Positions 53,690-63,471 of a stretch of 64,000 bases of DNA are shown in pieces. The notes beneath the pieces are model-generated. The model saw only the letters and a list, made by a program, of their open reading frames with translations, made no database searches and had not been told where the DNA came from. The first letter of the stretch is position 1, and every line of letters begins with the position of its first letter. Location: assembly GCA_963836205.1 (NCBI GenBank), contig CAWIIV010000007.1, forward strand, positions 250,536 to 314,535, in the 5' to 3' direction. Position numbers and translations under genes: made by a program. Source of the stretch: an uncultured Acidimicrobiia bacterium (GTDB taxonomy: Bacteria; Actinomycetota; Acidimicrobiia; Acidimicrobiales; AC-14).

Positions 53690-55927
53690 CTAAGGCGGAA
53701 ATCCGTTCGGGAACACGTTGAGCGTGGTGCTCGTCGTGGGCACGGTGGTGGTGCCGAACAGGGGCGGCAGGGTGAAGATGGTGCTGGGCTGGGTCGTGGT
53801 GGTGGCGGGGAAGAGCGTCACCGGCGGGGTGACCGCCACCGCCTGCTCGTTACCCTTGGGGGTGATGTCGATGGGGGCCCGCCGGGCGCCGGCGGCCACG
53901 TCACCGGCCAGAGGGGCCACCTTGGGGAAATCGGCCTTGGGCGCGTCCTCGAGGGCGGCGCCCATGAAGTCCTGCCAGGTGGACGCGGGGATGGTGCCGC
54001 CGTACACCCGCGACACGCCCTTGATGTTGTGGAGCGAACGGGTGTTGGAGTCGCTGTAGCCCATCCACACCGACGTCGAGAGGGCGGGGGTGTAGCCCAC
54101 GAACCAGGCGTCGCGGTTCTCGTCGGCGCTGCCGGTCTTGCCCGCAGTGCCCTCGGGCCGGCCGATGGCGGCCCCGGTGCCGGTGCCACTGGTGACGACG
54201 CCCTTGAGCACGTCGGTGACGTTGTCGGCCACGACCTCCGACAGCACCCGGGTGGGGGTGCGTGTGGTGTTGTCCTCGATGACCTGGCCCTTGGCGTCGG
54301 TGACCTTGAGGATGGGGGTGGCCGGGAGCTGGTTGCCCCGGTTGGCGAGGACGGCGTAGGCGGCGGCCATGTCGAGGGGCGACACCTCGGCCGCGCCCAG
54401 TGTGAGGCTGATGCCGTAGGCGTCGCCGTTGGCCTGGATCCCGTCGGCCGGCACCATGGTGATGCCCAGGCGGTGGGCCATCTCGGCCGTCTCCGGCACC
54501 CCGACGTCGCCGATGAGCTGGGCGAACACCGTGTTCACCGAGTGGATGGTGGCCTCCCGCAGGGTGATGCTCCCGTAGCTACCGCTCTCGACGTTGCCCA
54601 CCGTGCAGTCGGTGCCGGTGCAGTTGGGGACGGTGTACTTGCTGGGGCCGGAGTACACCCGGCTCGGACCGATGCCCTCCTCGAAGGCCTTGGCCAGGGT
54701 GAAGGGCTTGAACGCCGAACCCGGCTGGCGCCCGGTGCCACCCCCGGCCATGCAGACGGGTCCCTCCGCAGGGGGCTCGTAGCCCTCGGGGCAGGCGCCC
54801 AGGGCCAGGTTGACCTGGGACGCGTTGAAGTCTCGTCCCCCCACCAGGGACTTCACGAAGCCGGTCGACGGTTCCACCGTCACCATCGCCATCTCCAGAG
54901 GCGGGTCGGTGCCGTCGAGGGCGTCGGCCACGCTGGCCTCGGCCAGGCCCTGGAGGCGGGGGTCGAGGGTGGTCTCCACCCGCAGGCCGCCCCGGTAGAT
55001 CAGGTCGTCGCCATACTTGGCCACCAGGTAGCGGCGCACGTAGTCGACGAAGTAGGGCTGGATCGACGACTGGAGCTCAAGGGGCTGCACGAGGGTCGCG
55101 GCCGCCGGCGGCTCGCCCTCGGTCGAGCCCACGAGGAACAGCGCCTGGGCGTTGGCCTCGGAGTACTGGGAGCCGGTGATCCGCTTCTGCTCGAGCATCT
55201 CGTCGAGCACGTCCTTGCGGTTGGACTCGGCCCGCTCGGGGTTGGCGCGGGGGTCGAAGTCGGACGGGGCCGAGATGAGGCCGGCGAGGAGGGCCGACTC
55301 CGACAGGGTCAGCTCGTTGACCGGCTTGTGGAAGTACGACTCCGCCGCCGCCCCCACGCCGTAGGCCCCGCCGCCGAAGTAGATGGTGTTGAGGTAGCGG
55401 TAGAGGATCTCGTCCTTGGTCACCTTGCGGTCGAGTTGGCCGGCGAGCACCGCCTCCCGGATCTTGCGGGACAGGGTGCGCTCCTCGCCCGTGTAGACCT
55501 TCTTCACGTACTGCTGGGTGATGGTGGACCCGCCCTGGACCACCGTCTTGCCCCGGAAGTCGGCCCACGCCGCCCGCATGGCGCCGAAGATGTCGAAGCC
55601 GCCGTGGGAGTAGAACCGCTTGTCCTCCGCCGCCACCACCGCCTGCTTGAGGATCTCGGGGATGTCCTTCTGTTCGACGGGGATGCTGGTGTCGAAGCGG
55701 CGGAAGACGCCGATCTCGGCGCCGGTGGCGTCGAAGACGTGGGTGACGCGGGACTCGACGCTTGGCTTCGGGTCGGGCAGCTCGGGCGCGGGGAAGGGCA
55801 GGTAGAGCATGGCGGTGAGGGCCGTGCCGACGGTGAGGATTGGAGCCACGACTGTGACCACCAGGAAGATCGTCACCGCCTTGGCGACCTGCATGCCGCT
55901 GGGCATGTTGAACGCGGGGGCGGACAT
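53690..55927 (-). CDS. Class A penicillin-binding protein (transglycosylase/transpeptidase)
   Basis: EDKRFYSHGG, GGSTITQQY, RKIRE; SAFK, SVN and KTG motifs. Confidence 0.95.
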   Translation of the reverse strand: MSAPAFNMPSGMQVAKAVTIFLVVTVVAPILTVGTALTAMLYLPFPAPELPDPKPSVESRVTHVFDATGAEIGVFRRFDTSIPVEQKDIPEILKQAVVAAEDKRFYSHGGFDIFGAMRAAWADFRGKTVVQGGSTITQQYVKKVYTGEERTLSRKIREAVLAGQLDRKVTKDEILYRYLNTIYFGGGAYGVGAAAESYFHKPVNELTLSESALLAGLISAPSDFDPRANPERAESNRKDVLDEMLEQKRITGSQYSEANAQALFLVGSTEGEPPAAATLVQPLELQSSIQPYFVDYVRRYLVAKYGDDLIYRGGLRVETTLDPRLQGLAEASVADALDGTDPPLEMAMVTVEPSTGFVKSLVGGRDFNASQVNLALGACPEGYEPPAEGPVCMAGGGTGRQPGSAFKPFTLAKAFEEGIGPSRVYSGPSKYTVPNCTGTDCTVGNVESGSYGSITLREATIHSVNTVFAQLIGDVGVPETAEMAHRLGITMVPADGIQANGDAYGISLTLGAAEVSPLDMAAAYAVLANRGNQLPATPILKVTDAKGQVIEDNTTRTPTRVLSEVVADNVTDVLKGVVTSGTGTGAAIGRPEGTAGKTGSADENRDAWFVGYTPALSTSVWMGYSDSNTRSLHNIKGVSRVYGGTIPASTWQDFMGAALEDAPKADFPKVAPLAGDVAAGARRAPIDITPKGNEQAVAVTPPVTLFPATTTTQPSTIFTLPPLFGTTTVPTTSTTLNVFPNGFPP

Positions 55928-55967
55928 CGCCTCGGATCCTACGGCCGGGCGGTCGTAAGGTCAGGTC

Positions 55968-57251
55968 GTGGAGCCCACTTCGCGCCCGCCGTCGGTCGAC
56001 GCCCTGGCCCGCAGCCTGGCCGACATCGGCCTGCCCCACCCCCTGCTGGTCGACGCGGCCCGGGCCGCGATCGCGGCCGGCGACCCGTCGTCGGCCCGGG
56101 ACCGGGCCGAGGCGGTGGCGGCGGCCCTGCTGCGGCCGGTCGTCAATGCCACCGGCGTACTACTGCACACCAACCTCGGGCGGGCACCGGCGACGGCCGC
56201 GACGGCGCTGCGCTACTCGAATCTCGAGCTCGATCTGGTCGGCGGGAAGCGGGCGTCGCGGTCCGACCACGCCGCGTCGCTGCTGGCCCGGGCGTGCGGG
56301 GCGGAGGCGGCCCACGTGGTCAACAACGGGGCGGCCGCCCTGTTGCTGGTGCTGGCCGCCCTGGCCCGCGACGTGGGGGTGGTGGTGTCGCGGGGCGAGT
56401 TGGTGGAGATCGGCGGGGGGTTCCGCATCCCCGAGGTGATGGCTCAGTCGGGCGCCCGCCTGGTGGAAGTGGGGACCACCAACCGCACCCGCCTGGCCGA
56501 CTACCAGTCGGCGGTGACCGCGGCCGGCGCCGACGTGGGCCTCGTGCTCAAGGTCCACCAGTCGAACTACCGGATCGTGGGCTTCACCGAGGCGGTCGAG
56601 GTGGGGGCCCTGACCGGGATGGGCGTGCCGGTGGTGGCCGACATCGGGTCGGGCCTCCTCGACGCGGCCACCCCGTGGCTCGACGGCGGCCCTCCCTCCT
56701 GGCTGGCCGGTGAGCCGGCGGCCCGCCAGACGCTGGCCGCGGGGGCGGCCGTCGTCACCTTTTCCGGCGACAAGCTCCTCGGCGGCCCCCAGGCGGGCAT
56801 CATCGCGGGCCGGGCCGACCTGGTGGCGGCCTGCGCCCGTCACCCGCTCAGCCGGGCCCTGCGCCCCGGGGGCCTGGTGCTGGCCGCCCTCCAGGAGACG
56901 GCGTTGGCGTACCTGCGTCGCGACGGTATGGCCATCCCGTTCTGGCGGATGGCGGCCACGCCCGTGGCCGAGCTGTGGCGGCGGGCCGAGGGGTTGGGCG
57001 TGGGTCGGGCGTGCCACACGGTGGCGGTGGCGGGTGGAGGGTCGGTGCCGGGCCACGACGTGCCGTCGGCGGGGGTGGCCGTCGCCGGCGACCACGCCGC
57101 CGCCCTCCGGGCCAACGACCCGCCCATCGTGGCCCGGGTCCGCGATGGGGAGACCGTGCTCGACCTGCGCACCGTCGACCCCGCCGACGACCCAGTCCTG
57201 GCCAAGGCCCTGGGCGAACTGGTGACGGGAAAGGGCCCCTATGGACCTTGA
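55968..57251 (+). CDS. selA: L-seryl-tRNA(Sec) selenium transferase
   Basis: VVNATGVLLHTNLGRA, SRGELVEIGGGFRIP, EVGTTNRT, FSGDKLLGGPQAG. Confidence 0.96.
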   Translation: MEPTSRPPSVDALARSLADIGLPHPLLVDAARAAIAAGDPSSARDRAEAVAAALLRPVVNATGVLLHTNLGRAPATAATALRYSNLELDLVGGKRASRSDHAASLLARACGAEAAHVVNNGAAALLLVLAALARDVGVVVSRGELVEIGGGFRIPEVMAQSGARLVEVGTTNRTRLADYQSAVTAAGADVGLVLKVHQSNYRIVGFTEAVEVGALTGMGVPVVADIGSGLLDAATPWLDGGPPSWLAGEPAARQTLAAGAAVVTFSGDKLLGGPQAGIIAGRADLVAACARHPLSRALRPGGLVLAALQETALAYLRRDGMAIPFWRMAATPVAELWRRAEGLGVGRACHTVAVAGGGSVPGHDVPSAGVAVAGDHAAALRANDPPIVARVRDGETVLDLRTVDPADDPVLAKALGELVTGKGPYGP

Positions 57252-57275
57252 GTGTCACCGGTTGCCGGGTGGGGC

Positions 57276-58994
57276 GTGCCGGTAATCGCCACTGCCGGGC
57301 ATGTCGACCACGGGAAGTCGACCCTCGTCCTCGGCCTCACCGGGATGGACCCCGACCGTTTCGCCGAGGAGAAAGCCCGCGGCCTCACCATCGACCTCGG
57401 CTTCGCCTGGACCACGTTGGCATCGGGCCGGCAACTGGCGTTCGTCGACGTGCCCGGCCACGTCCGGTTCCTCAAGAACATGCTGGCCGGGGTGGGTGCG
57501 GTGGAGGCGTGCCTGTTCGTGGTGGCCGCCACCGAGGGGTGGAAGCCCCAGTCCGAGGAGCACCTGCGGATCCTCGAGCTGCTGGGCGTCGGCCACGGGC
57601 TGGTGGCCTTGACCAAGGTGGGACTGGTCGACGGCGAGACCCGGGAGCTGGCCCGGATGGAGCTGGCCGACATGGTGGAGGGGACGTTTCTCGCCGGGGC
57701 CGAGGTGGTGGAGGTCGACGTGCCCGGGGGAGAGGGCGTCGGGGAGCTGCGGGCCGCACTCGACCGGCTGCTCGACGTGACCCCGGCTGCTGTCGACCGG
57801 GGCCGGCCCCGGCTCTGGGTCGACCGGGTGTTCGCGGCCAAGGGGTCGGGGACCGTGGTGACCGGCACGCTGGCGGGGGGCGCGCTGGCCGTCGACGACG
57901 AGTTGGTCACCGCTCCCGGCGGGCGCAAGGCGCGGGTGCGGGGGCTGCAGAGCCTCCAGCGGGCCGTCAGCCAGGTGGAGCCGGGGAGCCGGGTGGCGGT
58001 GAACCTGTCGGGCGTGGCGCGGGTCGAGCTGGCCCGGGGCGACGCCCTGGTGCGGCCCGGCCAGTGGCGTCCCACCCGCACGTTCGACGCCTCCCTGCGC
58101 ACGCTGGCTGCTCTGGGCCACGATGTCGGCCGCAAGGGCGCCTACCAGCTGTACGTCGGCTCGGGCGAGCACCCGGTGGCGCTCCGGGTCCTGGGGGGCG
58201 ACGGGATCGGCCCGGGCCAGGAAGGGCTGGTGCGGCTGCGGCTGCCGGTGGCGGCGCCCCTCCTGCCGGGAGACCGGTTCGTCCTGCGGGAGAGCGGGCG
58301 GGACGAGACCGTCGGCGGCGGCGAGGTGCTCGACGTGGCGCCGGTGCTGGCCGCCCGCCGGGCCCGCCCGTCCCGTTCGGTGGACCGGGTGGTCGCCGAG
58401 CGCGGTTGGGTCTTGGCCGACGAGCTCGAGCGGATCACCGGCGAGCGTCGGCGGGCCCTGGTCGGACGATGGGTCGTGGCCCCCGACGCCCTGGCCACGG
58501 CGATGACCGAGCTGCGGGCGGCGATCGACGGGGCTGGTCGCCTCGGGCTCGAAGTGGCCGGCCTCGACGAGCGCCGGCGGGCGATGCTGGTCCTCATCGA
58601 GGGGGTGGTCGTCGACGGCGGCCGGGTCCGGGCGGCCGCCGCCACCGACCCCCTGGCCGACCATCCCTACGTCGCCGCCCTGGAGGCGGCACCGTTCTCA
58701 CCCCCCGAGCCCGACGGAGTCGACCGGGCCGAGCTGTCCGAGCTGGTCCGCCGCGGCCTGGTGGTCGAGCGCGACGGGGTCTACTTCGCCCCGTCGGCCG
58801 TCTCCGAGGCCGCCCACCGGTTGGCCGTGGCCCTGGCCGCCCACCCCGACGGCCTCACCGTGGCCCAGGTCCGTGACGCCCTCGCCACCACCCGCCGCCA
58901 TGCCCTCCCCCTCCTCGCCCACCTCGACGCCACAGGCGTCACCCGCCGACGGGGCGACGTCCGCATAGGAGGCCCGCGGCTGCCGAAGCCGTAG
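57276..58994 (+). CDS. selB: Selenocysteine-specific elongation factor
   Basis: TAGHVDHGKSTL, RGLTIDLGF, DVPGH, C-terminal wHTH TTRRHALPLLAHLD...TRRRGDVR. Confidence 0.96.
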   Translation: MPVIATAGHVDHGKSTLVLGLTGMDPDRFAEEKARGLTIDLGFAWTTLASGRQLAFVDVPGHVRFLKNMLAGVGAVEACLFVVAATEGWKPQSEEHLRILELLGVGHGLVALTKVGLVDGETRELARMELADMVEGTFLAGAEVVEVDVPGGEGVGELRAALDRLLDVTPAAVDRGRPRLWVDRVFAAKGSGTVVTGTLAGGALAVDDELVTAPGGRKARVRGLQSLQRAVSQVEPGSRVAVNLSGVARVELARGDALVRPGQWRPTRTFDASLRTLAALGHDVGRKGAYQLYVGSGEHPVALRVLGGDGIGPGQEGLVRLRLPVAAPLLPGDRFVLRESGRDETVGGGEVLDVAPVLAARRARPSRSVDRVVAERGWVLADELERITGERRRALVGRWVVAPDALATAMTELRAAIDGAGRLGLEVAGLDERRRAMLVLIEGVVVDGGRVRAAAATDPLADHPYVAALEAAPFSPPEPDGVDRAELSELVRRGLVVERDGVYFAPSAVSEAAHRLAVALAAHPDGLTVAQVRDALATTRRHALPLLAHLDATGVTRRRGDVRIGGPRLPKP

Positions 58995-59017
58995 GAGTCC
59001 CGCGGCGCACGGCCGCT

Positions 59018-59180
59018 GCCAGCCGATCGGGACCCGCCGCGGAACGGCTGAGGGACCTGGGCCAGCGCCCCCGTGTCGCCAGCCGGTCGGGATGCGCCGC
59101 GGAACGGTTGACCGCCGGGCTCTGCGTACCGGGGCGCGTCAGTGTCGCCTGGCGATCGGGACGCGCCGCGGAACCGCCGG
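59018..59180. repeat. Three degenerate repeats of about 34 bp, each forming a hairpin, with unique spacers
   Basis: Core tcggga-n2-cgccgcggaac at about 59027, 59087 and 59156 (periods 60 and 69), between convergent selB and whiB. Confidence 0.75.
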
Positions 59181-59185
59181 CGCGG

Positions 59186-59455
59186 TTAGCCGGCCCGGGA
59201 GCTGCTGGTGATGATCTGCTTGCGCTCGACCTCGTTGAGGCCGCCCCAGATGCCGTGGGGCTCGTGGATCGACATGGCGTAGTCGAGGCAGGCGGCCCGG
59301 ACGGGGCAGATGGCGCAGATCGACTTGGCCCGCTGCTCGCGCGCCTCGCGCTCGTCCTTGCGTTCGACGTGTGAAGGTGGAAAGAACACCACCGACTGCG
59401 GCCCTTTGCAGGCCGCTCGCTGCTGCCACAGTTCGCCGATCCGTTGCGGCTTCAA
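59186..59455 (-). CDS. WhiB-family Fe-S transcription factor (WhiB3/WhiD-like)
   Basis: WQQRAAC...AKSICAICPVRAAC...EPHGIWGG (4 Cys plus GIWGG). GGAGG RBS before TTG. Confidence 0.92.
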   Translation of the reverse strand: MKPQRIGELWQQRAACKGPQSVVFFPPSHVERKDEREAREQRAKSICAICPVRAACLDYAMSIHEPHGIWGGLNEVERKQIITSSSRAG

Positions 59456-59564
59456 CCCGCCTCCCCTTCTCCCTCGGTCTGCTACCGTACCGCCGCCTTC
59501 CGGCGATCCACAAGGGGCAAGGTGCAAAAACCGCAGGTCGGGGCCTGTGGATATCTAGTGGGCG

Positions 59565-60813
59565 CTAGTGGCCGGCGTCCTTGGCCCCGCCCTCCTCGGG
59601 CTCGACTTCGAGCAGAAGCCCGTCGATGGCAATCACCCGGATGGAATCGCCCTCGCCGATCGGGAGTGGCCCGGTTGGTGCGGGCCCGCCACAGTCCGCC
59701 CCGGAGGGCCACCGTCCCCTCGGGGTCGACGGGGGTGCGGGCCTCGCCCATGGCCCCGATCATCGACTCCCGGCCGATCGTCGGGGTCGAGAACCGGGAC
59801 CGCACCATCGACGGGAGCCCTGACACCATCAGCAGCACCACGCTCACCACCAGCACCAGCATGGTCAGCCACGGGATGTCGATCCCGTCGCCGAAGAGCG
59901 TCAGCGACCCCACCAGGAGGCTGATGGTGCCGATGGCGGTCCACGCCCGGGGCGCTCCCGCCTGCACGTCGACCGAAAACCCGAAGAACCCCAGCGCCAC
60001 CAGGGCCAGCCCGAGAGGCCTGGTTGGCAGCGCCGCCAGCCCGTAGGCGGACAGGGCGAGCAGCACCGCCCCCGTCGCTCCCGCCACCCCGATGCCGACC
60101 GAGAAGAACTCGAACACGATCAGGGCCAGGCCCACGATCAGCAGCAGGTAGGCGACCGAGGGGCTGGCGGTGGCGTGCAGGAGCCGTTCCATCAGCGGCA
60201 GCTTCCCGAAGCGGACCTCGCCCGCGGCCTGGGTCTGCGACTCGCCGTCGGGAGCGGTGACGACCCGGGCCGTGTCCAGCTCCCGGCCCCCGATCTCCTT
60301 GCCGTCGATCTCGGCCAGGAACTCGCCGATGGTCGGCACGACGGCGTCGACCAGACCTCGGTCCCGGGCCGCCTCCGGCCCCACCGAACCAGGAACGTCG
60401 TCGAAACGGCCGATCTTGGTCCGGGGCGCCATGCCCACGTAGGCCGCCGCGCCCACCACCCGGGCCGCCCCTCCGTAGGCCCGGGCACCGGTCGGCCCGA
60501 TCCACACCGTCACCGGTACCGACGAGTGGGCGACGCGAAACACCAGCTCATCGACCTCCTGGCGGTCGATCAGCGCCCCCGGACTGTCCAGCTGGATGAC
60601 GACCGCCTCTGCGTTCTCCGCCTGGGCCGACGCCAGCGAGCGGACCACGAAGTTGGCCACGATGGCGTCGATGCGACCCTTGACCTCGATGATGTGCACC
60701 GGCCGGGGGGCGGACTCGTTCGCCTGGGCCCCCGCCCCGGCCGCCGGGGCCGCGGCGAAGAGGCCGGCCGAGGCCAGCATCGACAGCAAGAAGGCGGGAA
60801 GTAGTCTGCGCAC
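59565..60813 (-). CDS. NfeD family protein (ClpP-like domain, TM region, OB domain), +1 frameshift near 59662
   Basis: VIQLDSPG, YVGMAP, IVFEFF, PEGTVALRGGLWRAR; the alternate frame continues IGEGDSIRVIAIDGLLLEVEP. Confidence 0.85.
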
Positions 60814-60816
60814 GGG

Positions 60817-61827
60817 TTGGATCCTCGCGAGTTCTGCACTCAGTCGCGAGTCGTCATCGTCGCCGGGAAGGGGGGCGTCGGCAAGACGACGGTATCGGCC
60901 GCGCTGGCCCGGATGGCCGCGTCCGCCGGTCTGTCGGTCCTGATCGTCGAGTTGGAGGGCAAGAGCGGACTCGCTTCCGCCTTCGGATCGATCGACCTTC
61001 TGGGCTACACCGAGCGCACCCTGGCCCCCGGGATCAAGGCCCGATCCATCACCGCCGACGAGGCCCTCCTCGAGTATCTCGACGAGCACGCCCTGTCCAA
61101 GGTGGCCCGCAAGCTCGCCACCAGCGGCCTCATCGACGTGGTGTCCACCGCCGCCCCCGGCATCAAGGACATCCTCATCCTGGGCAAGGTCAAGCAGCTG
61201 GAGCAGGCCCGGGCGGCCGACCTCATCATCCTCGACGCCCCCGCGGCCGGCCATGCCCTCAGCTTCCTGCTGAGCGCCCGGGCCCTGGTCGACGTCGTCC
61301 GCAGCGGGGTGGTCCGCACCCAGGCCCAGGGGGTGCTCGAGCTGCTGTCGGATGCGTCCCGGTGCCAGGTCCTGCTCGTCACCATCCCCGAGGAGACGCC
61401 GGTCAACGAGGTGGTGGAGACGGCCGCCGCCCTGCGGGACCGGGTGGGCGTGGCCCTGGCCGGCGTGGTCGTCAACGGCCTGTACCCGATCCTCGACGGA
61501 CTCGACGCCGATCCCGAGAAGGTGGCCGAGGCCCAGTCGGTGGGGCTGTTCGAGGGCGAGGCCGACGTGCTGCGGGCGGCGGCCACCTTCCGCCAGCGCC
61601 GCCAGGAGCTGCAACAGGAGCAGATGGCCCGGCTGACTGGGGCCCTCCCTTCCCTGCCCCAGATCGTCCTGCCCGCCATCTTCGCCGTCGACCTCGGCAT
61701 CGGCGACGTCGACACCCTGGCCGCGGCCCTGGCCGACGGTGTGGCCGCCCTGCCGGCACCGCCGCCCTCGGCCTCTACGTCGCCGCGGTCGGCGGCGGCC
61801 AAGCCCTCGTACGGGACGAGCTGGTGA
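60817..61827 (+). CDS. ArsA/Get3-like ATPase (first of pair)
   Basis: AGKGGVGKTT, APGIKDIL, LDAPAAGH, PEETPVNE, VVVN. Confidence 0.9.
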   Translation: MDPREFCTQSRVVIVAGKGGVGKTTVSAALARMAASAGLSVLIVELEGKSGLASAFGSIDLLGYTERTLAPGIKARSITADEALLEYLDEHALSKVARKLATSGLIDVVSTAAPGIKDILILGKVKQLEQARAADLIILDAPAAGHALSFLLSARALVDVVRSGVVRTQAQGVLELLSDASRCQVLLVTIPEETPVNEVVETAAALRDRVGVALAGVVVNGLYPILDGLDADPEKVAEAQSVGLFEGEADVLRAAATFRQRRQELQQEQMARLTGALPSLPQIVLPAIFAVDLGIGDVDTLAAALADGVAALPAPPPSASTSPRSAAAKPSYGTSW

Positions 61828-62945
61828 CCGGCGGAGGGCTGTCCGACCTGGTCATGACCCGCTCGGTGGTCGTGTGCTGCGGGCCGGGCGGGGTGGGCAA
61901 GACGACGGTGGCGGGGGTCCTGGCCCTGGAGGCGGCCCGTCAGGGACGGCGGGCGGTGGTTATGACCGTCGACCCGGCCAAGCGCCTGGCCGACGCCCTC
62001 GGGCTGCAGAACCTGCCCAACTGGCCCCACAAGGTCGACGGTCCGTGGCCGGGCGAGCTGTGGGCGCTCATGCTCGACACCAAGGCCACGTTCGACTCAC
62101 TCGTCACCAAGTACTCCCGCCGGCAGACGCAGGCCGAGGCCATCCTCGCCAACCGGTTCTACAAGAACATGGCGGAGGGGCTGTCGGGCATCCAGGAGTA
62201 CATGGCCATCGAGAAGCTGTTCGAGCTCAACGCCGAGAAGCGCTTCGACCTCATCGTCATCGACACCCCGCCCACCCGCAACGCCCTCGACTTCCTCGAC
62301 GCCCCCCGCCGGCTCACCAGCTTCATCGACAACCGGTTCTACAAGTTCCTTATGTCGCCGTCGCGGCCGGGGCTGAAGGCCATCAACATCGCCACCGCGG
62401 CCATCCTGCGGGGGGTGTCGAAGGTGGTCGGGTCGGAGGTGGTGACCGACGCGGTCACGTTCTTCCAGGCCTTCGAGGGCATGGAGGAGGGGTTCCGCGA
62501 CCGGTCGCACAAGATGCGGGGGCTGCTCGCCGACTCGGGCACCGCCTTCGTCCTGGTCGCGTCGCCCCGGCGGGACGCGGTGCGGGAGGTCGGCTTCTTC
62601 GCCGACAGGCTGCGCCAGTCGGGGATCGTGGTGAAGGGGCTGGTGGTGAACCGCACCCATCCCCGGTTCGGGACGGGCCTGGCCGAGGCCGATCGGGAGC
62701 GGGCCCGCACCCTCGCCGGCACGCCGCTGGGGCCGCTGTACGAGAACCTGGCCGACTTCTCCCAGATGGCGGCGGCCGAGGGCAGCCACGTCGAGTCGCT
62801 GGTGGCCAAGGTCCGGGCCCAGGCGCTGGCCCGGGTGCCCGAGCTGTCGTCCGACGTCCATGACCTCGAGGGCATGGGCGAGGTGGCCCGCTACCTGTTT
62901 GCGGCCGACGGCGTCGCGGCCGCCCCGGGGCCCGCCGGGGCTTGA
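61824..62945 (+). CDS. ArsA/Get3-like ATPase (second of pair)
   Basis: GPGGVGKTT, VDPAKRLADALG, QEYMAIEKL, DTPPTRNALDFLDAP. GTGA overlap. Confidence 0.9.
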   Translation: MTGGGLSDLVMTRSVVVCCGPGGVGKTTVAGVLALEAARQGRRAVVMTVDPAKRLADALGLQNLPNWPHKVDGPWPGELWALMLDTKATFDSLVTKYSRRQTQAEAILANRFYKNMAEGLSGIQEYMAIEKLFELNAEKRFDLIVIDTPPTRNALDFLDAPRRLTSFIDNRFYKFLMSPSRPGLKAINIATAAILRGVSKVVGSEVVTDAVTFFQAFEGMEEGFRDRSHKMRGLLADSGTAFVLVASPRRDAVREVGFFADRLRQSGIVVKGLVVNRTHPRFGTGLAEADRERARTLAGTPLGPLYENLADFSQMAAAEGSHVESLVAKVRAQALARVPELSSDVHDLEGMGEVARYLFAADGVAAAPGPAGA

Positions 62946-63026
62946 CCGTTCAGGTTTCGATCACCGGGGGCGGGGTGATCCGGGCCGATGGAGCCGTTTT
63001 CACCCCGCTACGGGCGCTTGAAATGG

Positions 63027-63398
63027 CTACCGCCGGTGGTCGTCGATCCCCGCCTGCTCTTTTTCCTCGGTGAGCGACCGGGCCGCCTCGGCCAGGGTGT
63101 CGGTGACGGTGACGATGCGGTCGAAGCCGGTGGTGTGCAGGAGGCGGACCAGGGTGGGCCGGTTGCAGCAGACGGCGACGTCGCCCCCGACCTCCCGCGC
63201 CCGGCGGATGCCGCCGATGAGCGCGCCCAGGCCGGCAGAGTCGACGAACGGCACGTCGGACATGTCGATGAGGAGCTTCGGCCTCGACGCCAGCTCGCCC
63301 AGGGCTTCCCTGAACTGGCCGACGGTGTAGGCGTCCAACTCCCCGACGGGACGACAGATCGTGTAGTCGTCGCGCTCCTCGAGGTCGATCCGGAGCAC
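63027..63398 (-). CDS. Anti-sigma factor antagonist (STAS)
   Basis: GELDAYT, FVDSAGLGALIG, TGFDRI. GGAGG RBS before GTG. Confidence 0.9.
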   Translation of the reverse strand: MLRIDLEERDDYTICRPVGELDAYTVGQFREALGELASRPKLLIDMSDVPFVDSAGLGALIGGIRRAREVGGDVAVCCNRPTLVRLLHTTGFDRIVTVTDTLAEAARSLTEEKEQAGIDDHRR

Positions 63399-63471
63399 AA
63401 GGCCTCCTGGTGTTGCCGAGTGAGACACGGAGGATGCTACCCAAGGCCCCGCAGGACTACCCTGCGGGTTC

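Noticed and set aside
59018-59180. Possible mini CRISPR array
   Set aside because: Only three degenerate repeats with unequal period, no leader and no cas genes. Kept as a structured repeat instead.
60817-62945. Arsenic resistance operon
   Set aside because: No arsB, acr3, arsC or arsD. The tandem pair matches the actinobacterial ArsA/Get3-like ATPases rather than arsenite pumps.
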